Source of the DNA: a virus | Taxonomy: Duplodnaviria; Caudoviricetes | Reading direction: 5' to 3' (one strand) | Virus record (IMG/VR): IMGVR_UViG_3300025018_000435 | Coordinates: 1 to 29,520 of that record | DNA: 29,520 nucleotides | Part shown: positions 24,954 to 29,520 of the stretch, piece by piece | How the letters are laid out: the number at the start of each line of letters is the position of its first letter | How positions within the stretch are numbered: the stretch's first letter is position 1 | Program-made: the position numbers and the translations under genes | The notes under the pieces: generated by a model | Databases searched by the model: none | Told to the model about the DNA's origin: nothing | What the model saw: only the letters and a program-made list of their open reading frames with translations

Positions 24954-27900
24954 CTAGTTATTTTCTAACCATTCATATATAGTTTGTATTTTTTTATCCA
25001 TTTGAGAAGTTATAGGAACTACTCTTTTTACTTTTCTTACTAATTTTAAATCACCTTTTCTTTTACCTGTTTTATATTCTTCACTAGGGTCTTTTAACAT
25101 TTGTGTAAATATTTCTCCTACTCTATCTATCATTGATATAGAAGCAGCAGGTGTTTGAAGTATTTTTAAAGCTTCTCCAGGACTACTATAAAATCTACTT
25201 TCTCCATATAATCTTCTAAATAAATAAGCTGCTGAATAATACATTGTTTTTTCTTCATCATCAGCATCTTTAGCTAATCCAGCTAATATATTAGCAGATA
25301 ATATAGTTAAAAGCATAAAACTAGTTTCCATTATAGTTTTTCTTATATTAGACCTTTCATAATCAGATAATTCATTCCAATTTTCAGATACTAACTTAAA
25401 CTTTAATTGAAGTATTTCTTTATAAGTTTCTTTCATAAATAAAGCAGCAGTAGTATAATATCCCTCTACTTCTTGTTCTAAAAATTCAGAATAAAATTTA
25501 TCAGCTTCTATAATATCTTTTTCAGAAGTAAATACTCTACCTACTCCTCTCCATCTCCTTTGAGTACCAGCTACTAACCATTTTCTAAGCATGAATATCA
25601 TTTTACCATGAGCATACCTCTGTAACATAGATAAATTAGTAGAATCATAATTACCATGTATTTGTTTTATAATTTCTCTAATTCTAGAAGATACTCTAGC
25701 TTCTAAATTATCTTCTAAAGTAATACCATCTTTTAATTTTAATTTACCATTTTTTATCTCATATGCTTCATGTAAGGGTATTTTTTTACCATTATGGTCT
25801 ATTTTAAAACTATCTAATATAGCTATAGCCATAGTTGCTTGTATATAATGTTCACCAGCATTATTTAATAAATGAAGTGTACCATTATTAGTTAATCTTT
25901 TAATTTTATTACTATGAGAAAAATTAGTATTTACTCCACTAAATTCAGATAAAGCATTAAATTTTTCTAATAGTAAATTAGTCATAGATTTGGGAACTCT
26001 ATTACCAGAAGCATCATCCATAATATTTTTCATATCTGCTAGATATTTTTTTTCTCCTACTGCTAAATTAGCTCCAGAGAAATAACCTTGTGAAGCTCCT
26101 TCTATAAAATTAAATACTTTTCCTTGAACTAAATTGACAGTAGCTGAATGAATATTACCTATCAACATAGTATCTCCAGTCCATTTCATTACTCCATTCA
26201 TTAATTTATTAACATTAAATTCTTTTCCAAATAATTTAAAATCTCCCATATCTATAGAAGATATACCATATAATCTTTGTTGAACTATTGAATTTAAAGT
26301 TTTAAAACTATTAGATTCTATTCCATTCATAGGTAATGGAGTAGTTTTTTTCATAAGAGCATTTACTTTATATTTATAACCAGTTCTTTGAGACACTTGT
26401 CTATCTCTTAAAGATTCTACAGCCATTTCTATAAGAGGTCTAATTTCACTTTTTTCTTTATAATTAAGAGCCATATTATAATCAGCCAAAGTAATTCTTA
26501 ATAAATCAAAAGATTGTTGATTAATATCTCTTATATTACCTCTAAAATGAACAGGTACTTTTTGTCTCTCTTTTCCAGTCTCATCTACTAAAACTTTTTT
26601 AATACCAAATTGTTTAGTTTTTAAATCTCTTTCTTTATTTTTTTCTATTTCACCAAATTCAGTATCACTAGTATCTTTAGTTAATAAATCTCTAATTCCT
26701 TCTATAAAACCTGTACCTATTCCTTGTTCACTTATTCTTTCTAAGTAATTTTTTTCTATTGAAGGTAATTTATAAACATAACTTGTTCCTACTCCTCCTT
26801 CAGAAGTCATATCATAATACATATATTCTTTACCTAATTTATAACTTTCTGGTAGAGCATCATCTCTTTTTTTACTTAGATTAACTAAATAATCATACAT
26901 TTTAACTGTAGGATGTTCAGGATTAGATTTTTTAAGTTTCATTAATTTATTATATTCAAGATTTACAGCAGGAGTAAACATACTACTTTTATAAGATAAA
27001 AATCTACCAATTAAATAACCTGTAGGTTTACCTTTATCATCTTTTTCTAATAAATCATCATATAATTCTAACATATTAGATGTAGAACCTTTAAATTTTC
27101 TATATTCTTCTAATATATTATTAGCATCTTTAATTTCATCTATAAATATAGACATAGCTTTAAAATCTGCTGCTTCTAACATTTTTATAGTTATTTGAAT
27201 AATATCATCATTAATATTTTTAGGGTCTACTACCCATGTAGATAACTCACCTATATCATTAGGAGCTAATTCTAAAATAGTTCTAATAAAATTTTCAGTT
27301 TCTTTTTTTATTTGTTCCTCATTTTCAGATAATTTATTATTAATAAATTCTTGTTTTATATCATTTAAATTTTTACCAAATTTAGAAATAGCTTCTTTTC
27401 TTCCACCATTTTCTTTATAAAAATCTTTTTCATATTCTTTGATATAATTACCTTTAATTCTAGTAGAATAAGGAGTATATATATTAACTAGATTTTCAGT
27501 TCTAAGTATTTTATATCTTTTATTTATTTTACTTATTCTTTTATTAATTTTTTCTATAGAATTTGTTTTATTAGATAATGATAATACAATAAATAATGTA
27601 TTTCTTATTTCATCTTTTTTATCTTTATCTATATCCTCTTTTATAGAATAATTAGAAGATTCATCTTTTTCTAAATAACCTTCATCATAATATTTTTCTA
27701 ATAATTCTTGATTTTGAAATAAAGAATCTTCTAATAATTCTTCAACATCTTCTATTAAATCAAAAATACCAGAAAATGTTTTTAAATTTTGTAAACTATT
27801 ACTATTAATATCATTTATATTTATTTCAGTTATTTTATCTAATATATTTTTACTAAGAATATCAACTTCATCAATATATTTAATAATAGAATCAATTCCA

Positions 27901-29399
27901 TTAGCTTTTTCTAACTCTTGTAATAATTTTTCAATTTTTTCTTTAAAATTTTCTTTTTTTCTTTTAAGTTCTTCCTTATCCTCTTTAGATTTAATTTCTA
28001 ATGAAGAAACTGAGGTATCTCTATATTTTCTTTGAAGTATTGTTATTTTTTCTATAATTTTATCTGTAATACGTTCTAATCTTTTTTCTTCAGAAGATTT
28101 TTCAGAAGTACTATCTTGAGCTTTAGAATATTGAATATAAGAAGGTATAACGCTATTATTATTTTTTTTAGCGACTTCATTATTAAGCATTTTATTTGCT
28201 AATATTAAAGCTACATTATAGTCTAAACCTAATAATTTTTTTAATTTATTATAAAATACTTTTAGAAATGTTTTAAATGGATTACTATTATTTAATTTAG
28301 AACCTTCTATACCTATAGCAGTAGCTAATATTTCTTTATCTAACACTTCTCCAGATAATTCTGGATATTCTTCTATTACAGACTTTTCTAAACTAGTACT
28401 CTTTAATAAATTTCTACCTCTTTTAACTAAAGGGTCATTCATTCCCCCTAATAAATCTATAAAAATATGTCCAAATTCATGTATTACAGTATCAGATTTT
28501 AAATTATCTTTATTTAATACTACAACAGGAATATCATTATCATATCTAACATAACCAAAAGTATTTTTTGGCATATCTGCATTTTCTTTAAATTCTACAC
28601 TAGCATTAGGAAATGATTTTTTAAGAATTTCTATTTTCTTTTTAGTTTTTTCAATAGTTTCATTTTCTGTATTATTAGTAAGATTTAATTTTTTAGATTT
28701 AAAAATATTTTCTTTAGTTAAAGATTCTTTGATTTCATTAAGTCTATTTTCATATACATAAGATAATGCTTCATTATTAAATTTAATATCATATGATTTT
28801 TTATCCATTTCATTTACTGAAATATCAAATACATCTTCTTGTAATAAATTATTAATTTTAGAAGCTCTATTTACTAATTTTTTATTCATAGTACTTGTAT
28901 ATTCTTCTCCATCTTCATTAATAGAAATTATTCCTATTCCTGGAATACTTACAAAGCCTAATATAATTTTTTTAAAATCATTAAATGTTTCAGTAAATTC
29001 TTCTACATCATAATAAGATATTTTTTTTTCAGATGAAAATTTAAAAGCATTAGGAAATTCTTCTATGATTTCATCCATATCTAATTTTCTTCTATAAGCT
29101 TTTTCTAGCTCTATAGGAAAATTAAAATTAACTGTAACATCACTTTCTCCTTCATATACTGTAGTCCAATATCCATCTAATTTAGTATCTGGAAATGTTT
29201 TTTTACCCCATTCATTAACTATTTTAATTTTTTTCTCAATCATTTTGAGAGCAGATTCTTTATTTTTGACTTTAAATTTATCACCATAACTAATTACAGC
29301 ATGGTTTTCTTTTAAATCAATAGATGTAGCATTACGCTTAAAAATTCTTTTAATTTCGTCTAAAGTATCTCTTTTTATTTTATTTAAATCACAAGCCAT
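24954..29399 (-). CDS. Large putative virion/ejected protein with zincin-like (HExxH) domain
   Basis: 1481 aa, TVIHEFGH (H307-H311) plus downstream KEILATAIG, long helical/coiled-coil body; resembles the large polyvalent/cargo proteins of crAss-like phages by size, strand and motif. Confidence 0.75.
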   Translation of the reverse strand: MACDLNKIKRDTLDEIKRIFKRNATSIDLKENHAVISYGDKFKVKNKESALKMIEKKIKIVNEWGKKTFPDTKLDGYWTTVYEGESDVTVNFNFPIELEKAYRRKLDMDEIIEEFPNAFKFSSEKKISYYDVEEFTETFNDFKKIILGFVSIPGIGIISINEDGEEYTSTMNKKLVNRASKINNLLQEDVFDISVNEMDKKSYDIKFNNEALSYVYENRLNEIKESLTKENIFKSKKLNLTNNTENETIEKTKKKIEILKKSFPNASVEFKENADMPKNTFGYVRYDNDIPVVVLNKDNLKSDTVIHEFGHIFIDLLGGMNDPLVKRGRNLLKSTSLEKSVIEEYPELSGEVLDKEILATAIGIEGSKLNNSNPFKTFLKVFYNKLKKLLGLDYNVALILANKMLNNEVAKKNNNSVIPSYIQYSKAQDSTSEKSSEEKRLERITDKIIEKITILQRKYRDTSVSSLEIKSKEDKEELKRKKENFKEKIEKLLQELEKANGIDSIIKYIDEVDILSKNILDKITEININDINSNSLQNLKTFSGIFDLIEDVEELLEDSLFQNQELLEKYYDEGYLEKDESSNYSIKEDIDKDKKDEIRNTLFIVLSLSNKTNSIEKINKRISKINKRYKILRTENLVNIYTPYSTRIKGNYIKEYEKDFYKENGGRKEAISKFGKNLNDIKQEFINNKLSENEEQIKKETENFIRTILELAPNDIGELSTWVVDPKNINDDIIQITIKMLEAADFKAMSIFIDEIKDANNILEEYRKFKGSTSNMLELYDDLLEKDDKGKPTGYLIGRFLSYKSSMFTPAVNLEYNKLMKLKKSNPEHPTVKMYDYLVNLSKKRDDALPESYKLGKEYMYYDMTSEGGVGTSYVYKLPSIEKNYLERISEQGIGTGFIEGIRDLLTKDTSDTEFGEIEKNKERDLKTKQFGIKKVLVDETGKERQKVPVHFRGNIRDINQQSFDLLRITLADYNMALNYKEKSEIRPLIEMAVESLRDRQVSQRTGYKYKVNALMKKTTPLPMNGIESNSFKTLNSIVQQRLYGISSIDMGDFKLFGKEFNVNKLMNGVMKWTGDTMLIGNIHSATVNLVQGKVFNFIEGASQGYFSGANLAVGEKKYLADMKNIMDDASGNRVPKSMTNLLLEKFNALSEFSGVNTNFSHSNKIKRLTNNGTLHLLNNAGEHYIQATMAIAILDSFKIDHNGKKIPLHEAYEIKNGKLKLKDGITLEDNLEARVSSRIREIIKQIHGNYDSTNLSMLQRYAHGKMIFMLRKWLVAGTQRRWRGVGRVFTSEKDIIEADKFYSEFLEQEVEGYYTTAALFMKETYKEILQLKFKLVSENWNELSDYERSNIRKTIMETSFMLLTILSANILAGLAKDADDEEKTMYYSAAYLFRRLYGESRFYSSPGEALKILQTPAASISMIDRVGEIFTQMLKDPSEEYKTGKRKGDLKLVRKVKRVVPITSQMDKKIQTIYEWLENN

Positions 29400-29409
29400 A
29401 TTCTATTTT

Positions 29410-29520
29410 TTATATACAATCAGGTAAATTAGTTTCATCTATAGTATTATTATCTTCATTATCAACAAACTCTTTAAATCCCTCCATATCTTTCTTACCA
29501 GTATTTAAGTACTGAGAATA
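29410..29520 (-). CDS. C-terminal end of an upstream protein (truncated by the window)
   Basis: Open frame YSQYLNTGKKDMEGFKEFVDNEDNNTIDETNLPDCI*, stop 10 nt before the next ATG. Confidence 0.7.
   Translation of the reverse strand, partial: YSQYLNTGKKDMEGFKEFVDNEDNNTIDETNLPDCI

Noticed and set aside
1-29520. Stop-codon reassignment (TAG or TGA), known in some crAss-like phages
   Set aside because: Standard code gives dense, full-length genes; TAG (750-752, 2646-2648) and TGA end genes right at the next start or a short spacer.

Overview
Very AT-rich segment of a dsDNA phage genome, most likely Crassvirales/crAss-like or a related Bacteroidota phage. The evidence is the gene set, A-rich start contexts without Shine-Dalgarno motifs, and one near-consensus Bacteroidota -33/-7 promoter. 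The + strand (1-24916) carries small early/accessory genes, two metallophosphoesterases and a replication module: family-B DNA polymerase, SF2 helicase, DnaB-like helicase, Sak4/AAA ATPase, SSB, primase, RusA-like resolvase and 5'-3' exonuclease. The - strand (24954-end) carries the end of a block of large, probably virion-packaged proteins. The main observation is an apparently complete phage-encoded ubiquitin-like conjugation cassette inside the replication region: Ubl (ends KTKSG-K), E2-like (HSH...CLG), JAB/JAMM peptidase and E1/ThiF. The ORF track hides it because a group I intron splits the JAB gene inside its HxH-x7-S-x2-D motif; that intron carries an antisense LAGLIDADG gene with its own candidate promoter. 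A second group I intron, with a GIY-YIG gene in loop L1, splits polymerase motif B. Splice sites of both introns can be placed to the base from P1/P10 pairing. All family assignments come from motifs read by eye; no database search was run.
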